A stretch of 64,000 nt of DNA from Bdellovibrionales bacterium (GCA_965197425.1 CBDANC010000015.1:1-64000), one strand, 5' to 3'; positions 52,885-63,442 are shown, counted from the stretch's first letter. Notes: generated by a model from the letters alone, not told the origin. Program-made: numbers and translations.

Positions 52885-54126
52885 ATGATAGTTGCAAATA
52901 ATACATGCTATGGATACCTTTTGCCGTGTGATTTAAACGGCAGCTTTATGCCTTTAACTAAAAGTTCTAGTCTAAGTTCTTTTGTAAGTTCAAAACAAAA
53001 TAGCTCAAGGCTTTCCAACATCTTGCTTAAGATCAATGGGTCTAATGTTTATATAAATAACTTGAATCTAACTTCCAAGGTATATGTCAATGGAACACAG
53101 ATTATAGATGCTGTTTTAAATAATGGAGATATAATATCAGCATATGATAATGAATTTATGTTTCTTAGAACCAAGTTAGACATAACCAACATAGAATCTA
53201 AAAACTATAACTGGAAAAAGGAGCTTTCTAAGCTACTAGGTTTTGCTACAACAAACCACCCTGTTTTGTTAGTAGGGGAATCGGGTACTGGAAAAGATGT
53301 AATATCCAGATTTATACATCAGTCTTCTAAACGAAATGGAAAACCATTTATCAGTATAAATTGTAGTACTCTTACTGAAAATATGATTGAAAGTGAATTG
53401 TTTGGACATAAAAAAGGGAGTTTCACCGGATCAGTTAATGATAGAAAAGGAGCTTTTTTAGCCTCAGAGGGTGGTACTTTATTTTTAGATGAAATAGGAG
53501 ATTTGCCCATACACCTGCAACCAAAACTTTTAAGAGCACTGGAGAATAAAGAAATAAAACCCCTAGGTTCGGATAGAAGTATTAAAACAGATGTAAGATT
53601 TATTTCAGCAACTCACAGAGATTTAAAAGATTTAATTAGACAGGGAAAATTTAGATCAGATTTGTATTATAGGCTAAATGTAATTAGTATTCATATACCT
53701 CCTTTAAGAGACAGAACAGAGGATATAGAGCCTTTGCTTTTCAAGCTTAGTTTAACCAACAAAGTGAAATTTTCAGATTGTGCTGTTGATGTATTGAAAT
53801 CTCACACATGGCCAGGGAACATTAGAGAACTAAAAAATTTTGTATCTAGAGTGTCTGCTATACATAGATATAAAACTTTGTACAAAAGTGATCTGAGCAA
53901 TCTTTTGGAGCTAGAAAATTGTGAAACTGAGAATTATGAAATTGGGAAAAGTTCTGAGCAATTTGAAAAAAATGAAAAAAAGATGATGCTGAAAATTTTA
54001 GATAAACACAAGGGGAATGTAAGAAAAGCTGCACAAGAGTTTAAAGTATCAAGAGGTAAATTTTACTATAACTTAAAAAAATGGGGTATTAAACCAAATG
54101 AGTTAGCATCTAAATTTTGTAGGTAG
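52885..54126 (+). CDS. Sigma54-dependent enhancer-binding protein (degenerate FHA-like N-terminus, AAA+, HTH)
   Basis: GESGTGKD, ESELFGHKKGSFTGS, LFLDEIGD and WPGNIREL motifs. Confidence 0.92.
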   Translation: MIVANNTCYGYLLPCDLNGSFMPLTKSSSLSSFVSSKQNSSRLSNILLKINGSNVYINNLNLTSKVYVNGTQIIDAVLNNGDIISAYDNEFMFLRTKLDITNIESKNYNWKKELSKLLGFATTNHPVLLVGESGTGKDVISRFIHQSSKRNGKPFISINCSTLTENMIESELFGHKKGSFTGSVNDRKGAFLASEGGTLFLDEIGDLPIHLQPKLLRALENKEIKPLGSDRSIKTDVRFISATHRDLKDLIRQGKFRSDLYYRLNVISIHIPPLRDRTEDIEPLLFKLSLTNKVKFSDCAVDVLKSHTWPGNIRELKNFVSRVSAIHRYKTLYKSDLSNLLELENCETENYEIGKSSEQFEKNEKKMMLKILDKHKGNVRKAAQEFKVSRGKFYYNLKKWGIKPNELASKFCR

Positions 54127-55185
54127 TAGGTGTTCTAATTTTGCAAATTTTAATACCGTAGCATAACCTATTTCATCAAAAAGTGCAGAGTCATGATGCT
54201 GATCTTTTATTAGGTGAAAATTTTCTAAGAAATTACAAATTTGTATAATCTCTGTTGGAAATACTCCAAGCTCTTCTTTCATAAAATTTGTAAGGCCGGT
54301 ATCCTTAGAAAGGCTGCCTCTTCTTATTTTATTTTCTGGATTGTAATTCTTAAATGCTGTTAGGAATCCTAGGGTTAAATAGGCAAAATGTTCTTTTGGA
54401 TTGTTTGTATCACATATATTCATATTATTTAGATAAATCTCAAATTCCGGCAGTTTGGTTTTGTTCTGCATGGCCTCATGTAAGGTAGGCATAATATGTT
54501 TCATAATTTCTAGATCAAAAAGTTCAAAAAACACTGATTTTGGGTGTTCTAGTTTTAAAATTTTCAAAATTTCTTCCCTTATTCTAGGTAACTTTGAATT
54601 TTTTAGTTCAGAACCTAAACCTTCTATTGCTTTCCTTAATTGTGATTCTATGGAAAAATTTAATTTTTCAGCAAATCTTAGTGCCCGTAAAATTCTTATT
54701 GGATCTTCTCTTAGTCGGATAATAGGATTTCCAATCATTCTTATTAATCTTTTCTTTATGTCTTTAATGCCTTTTTCGTAGTCTATAATTTTTTTATTAA
54801 TTGGATCGTAGAAAATACTGTTGATGGTAAAGTCTCTTCGGGAAGCATCCTCCTGTGGTTTTCCAAAGACATTATCTCGATCGGGTATACTTTTTTTATC
54901 CTCTGGATCTTTTCTAAAAGTTGCAACCTCGAATTGCTTAAACCCTCTTTTGACCAGCACAAGCTTAAAACGCCTTCCTATAATATAGCTGTTTTTTATT
55001 ATACGCTTGACTTCTCTGGGCTTCGCATTTGTTGCTATGTCGAAGTCTTTGGGCTTAAGCCCTAAGAGAAGGTCCCGGACACAACCTCCTACTAAATATG
55101 CGGTAAAACCTTCATTTTGTAGTCTTTTTACAATGTCTATTGCCTCTGAATCTACAAGACTGGTTACATCATTTAAATGAGTCAT
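54103..55185 (-). CDS. pcnB: Poly(A) polymerase I-like nucleotidyltransferase
   Basis: VGGCVRD...DFD, PAP signature IIGRRFKLVLV, RRDFTIN and EDPIRILR. Confidence 0.85.
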   Translation of the reverse strand: MTHLNDVTSLVDSEAIDIVKRLQNEGFTAYLVGGCVRDLLLGLKPKDFDIATNAKPREVKRIIKNSYIIGRRFKLVLVKRGFKQFEVATFRKDPEDKKSIPDRDNVFGKPQEDASRRDFTINSIFYDPINKKIIDYEKGIKDIKKRLIRMIGNPIIRLREDPIRILRALRFAEKLNFSIESQLRKAIEGLGSELKNSKLPRIREEILKILKLEHPKSVFFELFDLEIMKHIMPTLHEAMQNKTKLPEFEIYLNNMNICDTNNPKEHFAYLTLGFLTAFKNYNPENKIRRGSLSKDTGLTNFMKEELGVFPTEIIQICNFLENFHLIKDQHHDSALFDEIGYATVLKFAKLEHLLPTKFRC

Positions 55186-55293
55186 TTTTTAACGTTTCCT
55201 TAATTTTATTAACAAATTGTTAACATGGAACCTAAAAGGTGATAAACATCAGGTTAATTGGTTTTAGCGATTTTGTTATAAAGCTGCAAGTGA

Positions 55294-56754
55294 ATGTATT
55301 TCAAAGACTTAAATCTTTCTGATGAATTGTTTCAAGGTGTCAACTCTAATGGCTTTGAGGAGTGTACTCCCATACAATCTGTCACTATCGTTGATGGCCT
55401 AAAGGGCAAGGATATTTCTGGGCTTGCTCAAACTGGCACAGGCAAGACAGCTGCATTTTTAATACCTCTGATGGAACGGGTGTTTTTAGGAAAACTAAAA
55501 ACAGGAGGATTTTCTAACTGGCAGAAAGGCCATTTTTGTTTGGTTTTGGTACCCACTAGAGAGTTAGCAGAGCAGGTATATCAGGATTTTTGTTCCTTAA
55601 GAGGAAAAACAAATCTTAGTGCCGTCCAAGTGTATGGCGGCACCACTTATGATAGACAGATTAAGATGATTAAAAGCAGCGTTGAATTTATTGTAAGTAC
55701 TCCAGGGAGACTTATTGACCTGTATAAATCACACTCCTTGGATCTAAGGCAATGTAGAGCAGTTGTGTTTGATGAAGCTGATAAAATGTTTGATATGGGA
55801 TTTAAAGATGATATGCAGTTTTTGCTACACAGAATTCCAAGAAATAGACAACTTATGTTTTTTAGTGCAACTTTGAATTTTTCTGTAACCAATATGGCGT
55901 ATAAATTCGGCGCACACCCCATTGAAATAGATTTGAGTAAAAAACATGTAAGAACTGAGAACGTAGAAGATTTTATACATCATGTGGGGGAATCACAAAA
56001 ACCCCAATACTTATTGTCGTTGTTAAGAAAACTTAAACCTAAGCAGACTATAGTATTCAGTAACTTTAAACATAAGGTTGAGTTGATAGAAGCCTTTCTA
56101 AATAAAAATAATATTCCATCTGTTGGAATTTCGAGCCTTCTAACCCAGCTTCAGAGAAAACGAGTTATGGAGCAATTTAGAAATAATTCTAACTTTAATG
56201 TTTTGGTCGCAACAGATGTTGCCGCCAGAGGCTTAGATGTGGAAGATGTTGATTTAGTAGTTAATTATGAAATTTCTGATGACCCAGAAAATTATGTTCA
56301 TAGAATAGGTAGAACTGGCAGAGCTAAAAAAACTGGCTTTGCGTGTAGTTTGGTGTGCGATTCAGATATCCCTAACCTTTTAAGAGTGGAAGAATATCTA
56401 TCATGTAAACTTGAAGTTAAATGGCTTGAAGACAAGGATTTAATAGAAAACTTTCTGAGCCTAAAAAATATAAAAAACAACTTACGGAAACAAAAAACTA
56501 TATCTAAGCACAGCCAGATGACAAAAAAGAAAGTGAAAAAGAAGACAAAAAAGATCCAAAAATCAAACAATAAGTTGCCAGAAGTAAAAGGAAATAAAAA
56601 TCTTAATAGATCTGTTAAGCAAACAAGAAAAATTTCAAAGAATCTAAATAAAAACAAAGCGATAAGAAGAGGAAAAAGTAGCAAAAGAATTACTAGTAGC
56701 GAAAAGAAAGGCATCTTAGCAATTATAAAGAAAGTACTAACCCTAAGAGGTTAA
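55294..56754 (+). CDS. DEAD-box RNA helicase (RhlB-like) with a Lys-rich tail
   Basis: AQTGTGKT, PTRELA, DEAD, SAT and HRIGRTGR motifs. Confidence 0.95.
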   Translation: MYFKDLNLSDELFQGVNSNGFEECTPIQSVTIVDGLKGKDISGLAQTGTGKTAAFLIPLMERVFLGKLKTGGFSNWQKGHFCLVLVPTRELAEQVYQDFCSLRGKTNLSAVQVYGGTTYDRQIKMIKSSVEFIVSTPGRLIDLYKSHSLDLRQCRAVVFDEADKMFDMGFKDDMQFLLHRIPRNRQLMFFSATLNFSVTNMAYKFGAHPIEIDLSKKHVRTENVEDFIHHVGESQKPQYLLSLLRKLKPKQTIVFSNFKHKVELIEAFLNKNNIPSVGISSLLTQLQRKRVMEQFRNNSNFNVLVATDVAARGLDVEDVDLVVNYEISDDPENYVHRIGRTGRAKKTGFACSLVCDSDIPNLLRVEEYLSCKLEVKWLEDKDLIENFLSLKNIKNNLRKQKTISKHSQMTKKKVKKKTKKIQKSNNKLPEVKGNKNLNRSVKQTRKISKNLNKNKAIRRGKSSKRITSSEKKGILAIIKKVLTLRG

Positions 56755-56853
56755 TTAAAACCTTAGACCGCTAATTTTTTGATAAGCTTTGCCCCTCAGC
56801 ATCTTATTACTTTCATATTATTCTCTAGACTTATGTATGATTAAAAAATTCAT

Positions 56854-58245
56854 ATGGTTAATTGTCTAAGAGTTTTTTTAATATGTGTCGATATTTATAT
56901 TATGGCATTAAATACAAAATTGGATCTGAGTAAAAACACTATTGTGTATGGCAATTGCTCTGATGAAGATGGTCAGGGTTGGCTTAATTTAATATCCGAA
57001 AAATCTGTTGATTTGATTTATATAGATCCTCCATTTTTTTCAAACAGGGATTATAAAGTTGTGTGGGGCAATGGTTACGAAGTTCGCTCTTTTGGAGATC
57101 GATTTAAAGGTGGAATTGATCATTACATTAATTGGATGAAACCAAAAATTTTAGAATCAAAAAGAGTATTAAATGATACAGGATCTATTTTTTTACATTG
57201 TGACTGGCATGCAAGTCATAGACTTAGGTGTTTATTAGATGAAGTATTTGGAGAAAAAAGTTTTATAAATGAAATAATATGGTTTTATCCCAATGGTGGA
57301 GGAAGGAGTAAATCTTGGCTTAACAAAAAACATGACACAATTTTTTGGTACGCTAAAGACAAAAACAAATTTAAATATAATTGGAAAGAAATAGCTTTAA
57401 GTCGAAATCAAGATCAAAAAACTTTTGGAGGGTATTTTAAAACAGATAATAAGGGAACTTATCAAGAAGTAAGATCAAACGGTAAGGTATATAAGTACTA
57501 TGTTGACGAGCCAAAAAATAATGATGATGTTTGGTTTTTAAATATTATTTCTCAAAGAGATACAACAGAGAGAATTGGATATAGAACTCAAAAACCTGAA
57601 GCTTTGATAAAAAGGATTGTAGAGTGTTCTACTGATAAAAATGATGTAGTGTTAGATTTTTTTGGTGGGGGCGGTACTACTGCAAAGGTTTGTTCTGATT
57701 TAGATAGGAGATTTATCACAGGTGATGTATCTCCTATTGCTGTTAGAGTAACAGCAGATCGGTTGAGTGATAATGGATATAGAGACTATGAAATAAAAGG
57801 ATTGCCTTCTACAAAAAAAGAATACCATAGTATGCACAAAAACAAGTTTGTTCAAATAATATGCGACCTAATGGGCTGGGATAGGAATTTAAAAAAATCA
57901 TTAAACAATACTTTTGATGGATTTGCTGATGAGGGTAATATACCTGTTTTTATTCAAAATCAAAGTGAGAAAACTTCTATACCCGATATTAAAAAATTCT
58001 TAAAGCTTTTAGCTAAACATAAAAAAGGAATCTTTGTTTCTTGGGATTTTTCCAAAGAAGCGTCAGAATATGTGTATAGTTTAATACAACAAAAAATAAC
58101 ACTACTTGCAGTTAAGGAAATTTTAAACGGCTTATTAATTTCTGATGAATTATCTAAAAAGCCAAAGAAATTATATGATGCTGATACAAAAAAGATTTCT
58201 TGGGAAGACAAGTCTGTGCATGGATTAAAGCAAAAAACAGCATAA
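56854..58245 (+). CDS. N4/N6 DNA methyltransferase (beta class) fused to a degenerate Mrr-like domain
   Basis: DPPF precedes TQKPE and DFFGGGGTT; extra ~140-aa C-terminal domain; probable start ATG 56902. Confidence 0.85.
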   Translation: MVNCLRVFLICVDIYIMALNTKLDLSKNTIVYGNCSDEDGQGWLNLISEKSVDLIYIDPPFFSNRDYKVVWGNGYEVRSFGDRFKGGIDHYINWMKPKILESKRVLNDTGSIFLHCDWHASHRLRCLLDEVFGEKSFINEIIWFYPNGGGRSKSWLNKKHDTIFWYAKDKNKFKYNWKEIALSRNQDQKTFGGYFKTDNKGTYQEVRSNGKVYKYYVDEPKNNDDVWFLNIISQRDTTERIGYRTQKPEALIKRIVECSTDKNDVVLDFFGGGGTTAKVCSDLDRRFITGDVSPIAVRVTADRLSDNGYRDYEIKGLPSTKKEYHSMHKNKFVQIICDLMGWDRNLKKSLNNTFDGFADEGNIPVFIQNQSEKTSIPDIKKFLKLLAKHKKGIFVSWDFSKEASEYVYSLIQQKITLLAVKEILNGLLISDELSKKPKKLYDADTKKISWEDKSVHGLKQKTA

Positions 58246-58288
58246 AATCTATAAGCAAATTTAAAATTTATAATAAGCTAGTATATTT

Positions 58289-59212
58289 TTATTCGCTTTC
58301 TTTGTTTGGCAATTCTGGTTCCTTTTGAGGCTGAGAGAAATTTGCTATTTGATTTTGTATATCAGGGTCTAGCTTCACAAACTCAATCCCATATCTAGAT
58401 GACCCCTTATCATCTTTAGTGATATTTACTACCTTACATTTAGCACTAAAAGAGGGTAGATGGTCTCCAGGTTTAAAGTCTAGCAAAATGATACTTTGAT
58501 CTTCTATATCCGCATTTTCTACTGTAATGGCAGCGCCAGATTCTCCTATGGAGATACCCGTTCCAAGATATAAAGTCTCACCTGACTGAATTACCACCGG
58601 TATGTTGCACAATCTTCTAGGATATTTTCTTCTGAAAAATTTGTCCTCAATAGGTTCATCAAAATTGACCCCTTCTAATTGGGACAACTTTTCTATACTA
58701 GACTTTTCAAAATCACTGACTTCTGCAATTTTCATCCACTGTTCAAGACCTTGTTTCCAGGTATAGTCATACTCATATACTAGGCTGGATAGAAGCATCT
58801 GAGCTATCTCTACATGGTCAAATGGTCCATATCTATCCTCATTTCTCAGCACAAACCATGTTTTTTCGGTGTATTTAGATAATTCTTCTTTAGCTTTATC
58901 TTCATCTAAACCGCTGCTATTAGCTTCTTGATTAATATCAGAAGTTCCTTTGCTAGAATTTTCTTCTCCACTGGTCCCTTCTTGTAGAGTATCTTTTCCT
59001 GGAAAAGTAGGTTCCTCAGATTGGTCTACACCAGACACACATTTCATTATATAATCATGGCTTACAATTGTAACCCAGGTTTCAGACTCTTCATCATATA
59101 TCAGATCACTTAACTTGTATGTGTTGCTCTTTAACTTTTCTATTATTTCAGACACTGGCAACGGATCTGTCTGTTCTTCATTAACGTATAAATAAAATAA
59201 CTTTTCAGACAT
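58289..59212 (-). CDS. Tandem GYF_2 (DUF4339) plus PilZ domain protein
   Basis: WFVLRNEDRYGPF...WKQGLEQW, a similar N-terminal repeat, then RRKYPR...YGIEF. Confidence 0.75.
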   Translation of the reverse strand: MSEKLFYLYVNEEQTDPLPVSEIIEKLKSNTYKLSDLIYDEESETWVTIVSHDYIMKCVSGVDQSEEPTFPGKDTLQEGTSGEENSSKGTSDINQEANSSGLDEDKAKEELSKYTEKTWFVLRNEDRYGPFDHVEIAQMLLSSLVYEYDYTWKQGLEQWMKIAEVSDFEKSSIEKLSQLEGVNFDEPIEDKFFRRKYPRRLCNIPVVIQSGETLYLGTGISIGESGAAITVENADIEDQSIILLDFKPGDHLPSFSAKCKVVNITKDDKGSSRYGIEFVKLDPDIQNQIANFSQPQKEPELPNKESE

Positions 59213-59340
59213 TTTTCTATCTCCTAACCTTTACTCTACTAAGTCACTACACGAGAGAATCGGCTTAAATTTGCCGAGACATAACAGAAATCCACATAAA
59301 ATAACGCTTCCATGTCACGAATCTTTGCTTATATTAAGCT

Positions 59341-61479
59341 TTAAATTCTGTCTGCTCTTATAACACTCTTAATTTTAGAGATCTGTTGTAAGGTTAAGTT
59401 AATATGATTGACGCTTTTTACGGCAACATCAAAAATACATATTGCCTTTTTGTTTTTAATTGTTCTGATATGGGCATTTGATATGTTTATGTTGTTCATC
59501 GTGAATGTCTCACTTATTGATTTGAGTACTCCAGATGTATCATTACATAACACACGAATTTTTGTGTTTCTGATAGGGCTTTGTGCCTGCTCTCGTTCCC
59601 ACTCTACCTCTACAATTCTATCTCGATCCATTTCAAATGTTTTTTTACAGGACGATCTATGGATAGTAACGCCCCTTTCACGAGAAATAAATCCAACTAT
59701 TGGATCGCCTGGAATAGGATGGCAGCACTTAGCATAATATATCAAAATATCCGACATTCCATCGACTTTGACCATCGACTTTCCACTAGGGCGTTTGTAT
59801 CTTCTAAATATTTTTTTCAGAAAAGAATCTTCATCTTCTGTCTTAGATTCTGTTCCTGATAGCAAGGTTGTGATCTTAGATGGAGTATGTTTTCCATATC
59901 CAATTTGAACATACAGTTCTTCGACTTTGTGTATTCCCAAACTTTCCATTACTTTTTTGGCGTTAGGTGCATTAATGATATTGTTAAGCTTTAACTTCAG
60001 CTTTGTACACTCCTGCTCTAAAAGAGTTTTGCCCAAACTTATTGAATGCTTTCTTTCATTTGCTCTTATAAAAGCTCTAATTTTGGACTGAGCTTTAGAA
60101 GAAGTGCAAAATGAAAGCCAGTCTTTTGAGGGGGTTTGATGTGGTGAAGTTAGAATTTTTACGGTATCTCCGTTTCGTAACTTGTGTTTTATAGGAACCA
60201 TCTTGCCATCAACTTTTGCTCCTACAGTTTTACTTCCTATATCAGAGTGTATTGCATATGCAAAATCCAGTGCTGTTGCGCCATCTCTTAACTCTTTAAC
60301 ATCACCCCTTGGAGTAAATACATAAATATCTTCATCCATTAGATCTAATTTTATGCTTTCTAAAAATTCACTGGAGTCGTCGATATCTCTATGCCAACTA
60401 GTTAAACTCTTTAACCACTCAAAATTTTCTTTTGTCTTGATATCCACCTGCCCTTTTTCTTTGTAAGACCAGTGCGCGGCAATGCCATTTTCTGCTACTT
60501 CATGCATCTGTTTGGTTCTGATTTGAATCTCTACCCTTTGACCTCCTGGCATAATTACAGCGGTATGTAAGCTTTGGTAATTATTAACCTTTGGCATGGC
60601 TATATAGTCCTTAAATCCTTCAGTAATTGGTCTATAGGAGCTGTGCATGAGGCCTAATATTTCATAACAATTAGAAATTGTTTCCGTGATAATTCTAAAC
60701 CCAAATATATCAAGTACATCTTCATACTCTATGTTTTTGTCTCTCATTTTTCTGTATATTGAGTAAATGTGTTTAGTTCTTCCGTATATTCGAGGTTTCA
60801 AGCTGGTATTTTGATCTATTTTTTCAGATAACACTGCTATAACTTGTTCAATGTATTTGTCGTGTTCTTCTTTTTTTTTGGTTACTTTCGAAGAGAGTTC
60901 TTGATAAATCTGAGGTTTTAAGTGCTTAAAACTTAAACCTTCCAACTCCATTTTCCATGAACTGATTCCCAATCTATTGGCTATTGGAGCGTATATATCC
61001 AAAGTTTCTTGAGATACGTTAAGTTGCTTTTCATAAGGCATATACTTCAAAGTTCTCATGTTGTGCAGACGATCTGCAATTTTTACGATTATTACCCTCA
61101 TATCTTGACCCATTGCTACTATCATCTTTCTGATATTTTCACTTTGAGCCACATGGGTATTTTTAAAATTCATCTTGGATATTTTGGTAACACCATCCAC
61201 CACATTTCTTACAGTCTTACCAAACTGTTTTTCTATTTCATCGATTGAGGCGGCAGTGTCCTCCACTGTGTCATGCAAAAGAGCTGCGACAATGGTAGTA
61301 GTGTCAAAATACAATTCGGACAATAAAAAAGCCACACCTGCAGGGTGGGTTATATAGGGCTTGCCACTTTTTCTAAATTGCCCCTGATGGACATTCTTTG
61401 CAAACTCATAAGCTCTGACTATTAAATTTAAATGTTCCTTGGAATATATCTTGGAAAAAGCACTTGTAAATTCTTCCAA
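59341..61479 (-). CDS. spoT: Bifunctional (p)ppGpp synthetase/hydrolase Rel/SpoT
   Basis: HD motif LHDTVED, YQSLHT, EIQIRT, TGS, CC and ACT domains. Confidence 0.95.
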   Translation of the reverse strand: MEEFTSAFSKIYSKEHLNLIVRAYEFAKNVHQGQFRKSGKPYITHPAGVAFLLSELYFDTTTIVAALLHDTVEDTAASIDEIEKQFGKTVRNVVDGVTKISKMNFKNTHVAQSENIRKMIVAMGQDMRVIIVKIADRLHNMRTLKYMPYEKQLNVSQETLDIYAPIANRLGISSWKMELEGLSFKHLKPQIYQELSSKVTKKKEEHDKYIEQVIAVLSEKIDQNTSLKPRIYGRTKHIYSIYRKMRDKNIEYEDVLDIFGFRIITETISNCYEILGLMHSSYRPITEGFKDYIAMPKVNNYQSLHTAVIMPGGQRVEIQIRTKQMHEVAENGIAAHWSYKEKGQVDIKTKENFEWLKSLTSWHRDIDDSSEFLESIKLDLMDEDIYVFTPRGDVKELRDGATALDFAYAIHSDIGSKTVGAKVDGKMVPIKHKLRNGDTVKILTSPHQTPSKDWLSFCTSSKAQSKIRAFIRANERKHSISLGKTLLEQECTKLKLKLNNIINAPNAKKVMESLGIHKVEELYVQIGYGKHTPSKITTLLSGTESKTEDEDSFLKKIFRRYKRPSGKSMVKVDGMSDILIYYAKCCHPIPGDPIVGFISRERGVTIHRSSCKKTFEMDRDRIVEVEWEREQAQSPIRNTKIRVLCNDTSGVLKSISETFTMNNINISNAHIRTIKNKKAICIFDVAVKSVNHINLTLQQISKIKSVIRADRI

Positions 61480-61526
61480 GCTCTTACATGTATCAGGTTG
61501 GATTTTTTTATAACTAAGCGAAATCC

Positions 61527-61766
61527 TTATTCACCTTTCAAACTTTTTTGAATCTGCATCTGAGGAGTGCCACTAGCTTCATCGTGCCTGAAGCTAACTT
61601 TTTTTGAGGCAACCTCCCTAAGAGCGGTTACAACACTCATGTTATCGGTCTTTAAAAGCGGCTCCGCCCCAGAATACAGGCTCCTAGCCCTCTTAGCAAC
61701 TAACATCACCAACTCAAACCTGTTTGTTACCTTATCTAAACAATCTTCTACAGAAATTCTAGCCAT
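61527..61766 (-). CDS. rpoZ: RNA polymerase omega subunit
   Basis: MARISVEDCL...NRFELVMLVAKRAR...ALREV. Confidence 0.96.
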   Translation of the reverse strand: MARISVEDCLDKVTNRFELVMLVAKRARSLYSGAEPLLKTDNMSVVTALREVASKKVSFRHDEASGTPQMQIQKSLKGE

Positions 61767-61926
61767 GCATTCACCTCAATCTAACACTCACTCCGACTAC
61801 TAAAAACTTGCTTTTTGGCAGACAAACTATGTTTCGGTCTATCGCTATTCCTTAAGCTCTATCTGCCTACAATTCACGTTGTTTTCGTGGTCCTTTCTTC
61901 TACCACTAAGTTTACCAAACTTCACC

Positions 61927-62502
61927 TTATTTTATAATATTCTCGACAATTTTTCTAAATTTTTTATAAGCTTCATCAAAATTGTTGTTTATTATCTGGT
62001 GATCATATTCACAGGCACTTTTCATTTCCATATCAACCACTCTTAACCTGCCTTCAATGTCTTCTGTACCTTTGTTCTTGCTTCTAGCCCTCAGCCGCTT
62101 TTCTAACTCCTCAATTGAAGGGGGAAGGATAAAAATGGTGTGGCTTTCAGGGTATAGCTTTTTTAAGCTGGTGGCCCCAGCTACATTTATATCCATCATT
62201 AGAAATTTGCTCCCTAAACTCATCCTCTCTATCTGATGCCTAGGAGTGCCATACAGCTCACCATGTACTTTTTCCCATTCTGCAAAATAATTTTCCTTTA
62301 TCTGTTTTTCGAAATAATTTTTACTGACAAAGAAATATTCTTGTTTATCTCTCTCACTTTCCCTGAGGCTCCTGGTGGTGCAACTGATGCTATAGGACAA
62401 ACAATTTTCTAGCTCCTTCAATATTTTGTTGCACAAGGTGGATTTGCCCACTCCACTAGGCCCTGATACGATAATCAAATTAGTTCCACCATAACTATTC
62501 AT
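61927..62502 (-). CDS. gmk: Guanylate kinase
   Basis: SGPSGVGKST, SCTTR, YGT and IFILPPS motifs. Confidence 0.96.
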   Translation of the reverse strand: MNSYGGTNLIIVSGPSGVGKSTLCNKILKELENCLSYSISCTTRSLRESERDKQEYFFVSKNYFEKQIKENYFAEWEKVHGELYGTPRHQIERMSLGSKFLMMDINVAGATSLKKLYPESHTIFILPPSIEELEKRLRARSKNKGTEDIEGRLRVVDMEMKSACEYDHQIINNNFDEAYKKFRKIVENIIK

Positions 62503-62504
62503 AA

Positions 62505-63356
62505 TTATTCTATATTCTGTACCTGTTCCTTTATTTGTTCAATCAATAATTTTGCTTCTATAACCATCTTGTTTGTTTGGTACTTATTGGATTTAGCTCC
62601 AATTGTATTTACTTCTCTTAACAGTTCTTGAGTATAAAAATCCATTTTTTTTCCAATAGGGTATATAGACCTCGTGTCTTTTTTAAAAGCTTTGATGTGT
62701 TCCTTTAGCCTAGAAACCTCTTCTGAAATTTCTGATTTATCTAAGTTAAACACCACCTCATATGCAAGTTTACTTAGATCTACACCACTAAACGATTGTT
62801 CTAGCCCCGATAATCTTTTTTTTATGTTTGTTCTTGGGATTTTAACTTTTTCTAGCTTAGAAATTATAAGGGTGAGTTTCTTTAAAATAGTGTCAATTTG
62901 CACCTTTGTTGCATTTCCTTCTTTTCTTCTGTTAGACAAAAGTCTTTCAGTAACCTTTTGTATTAAATTGCAAATTGACTTTTCTTCTAAATTACTTACA
63001 TATCTTTCTACCTTCACTGCTCGTTCAAACAAATTTGAGTTTAGATCAATGTTAGCTTTCAGTTTGGAAAATATTTTCTTATATACATCAGATATTTTTT
63101 TAGCAAGTTCCATGTCTAGCTCAACTTTTATGTTCTTGCCGGAGTTAATTTTGTTTATATATAAGTAAACATTTCCTCTATGGATTTTCTTTCTTATAAT
63201 GCCCCTAATTTTGGGTTCTAGAAAACTATATTCTTTAGGAAGGTTTAACTTAATATCCAAAAATCTGTTATTATAAGATTTAATGGTAATATCAATTATT
63301 GAACCATTAAATTTGTGAACTGTATTATAAAATCCAGTCATGCTATTCATATGCAT
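62505..63356 (-). CDS. yicC: YicC/YloC family endoribonuclease
   Basis: SMTGF, NNRFLDI, QELLREVNTIGAKS and EQVQNIE motifs. Confidence 0.93.
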   Translation of the reverse strand: MHMNSMTGFYNTVHKFNGSIIDITIKSYNNRFLDIKLNLPKEYSFLEPKIRGIIRKKIHRGNVYLYINKINSGKNIKVELDMELAKKISDVYKKIFSKLKANIDLNSNLFERAVKVERYVSNLEEKSICNLIQKVTERLLSNRRKEGNATKVQIDTILKKLTLIISKLEKVKIPRTNIKKRLSGLEQSFSGVDLSKLAYEVVFNLDKSEISEEVSRLKEHIKAFKKDTRSIYPIGKKMDFYTQELLREVNTIGAKSNKYQTNKMVIEAKLLIEQIKEQVQNIE

Positions 63357-63442
63357 CTCCTGTCATATGTATTCTATGATGCGCTTACTGATTATAGCAG
63401 TCCAGTTGAAAGTAACTGTGTCAAAGTGTTTGTTTAGCTTCT

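Noticed and set aside
56737..56766. Helicase 3' end (LTLRG) resembling the miaA end (LTLRSSERG)
   Set aside because: No repeat core follows; it is better explained as a local hairpin or coincidence.
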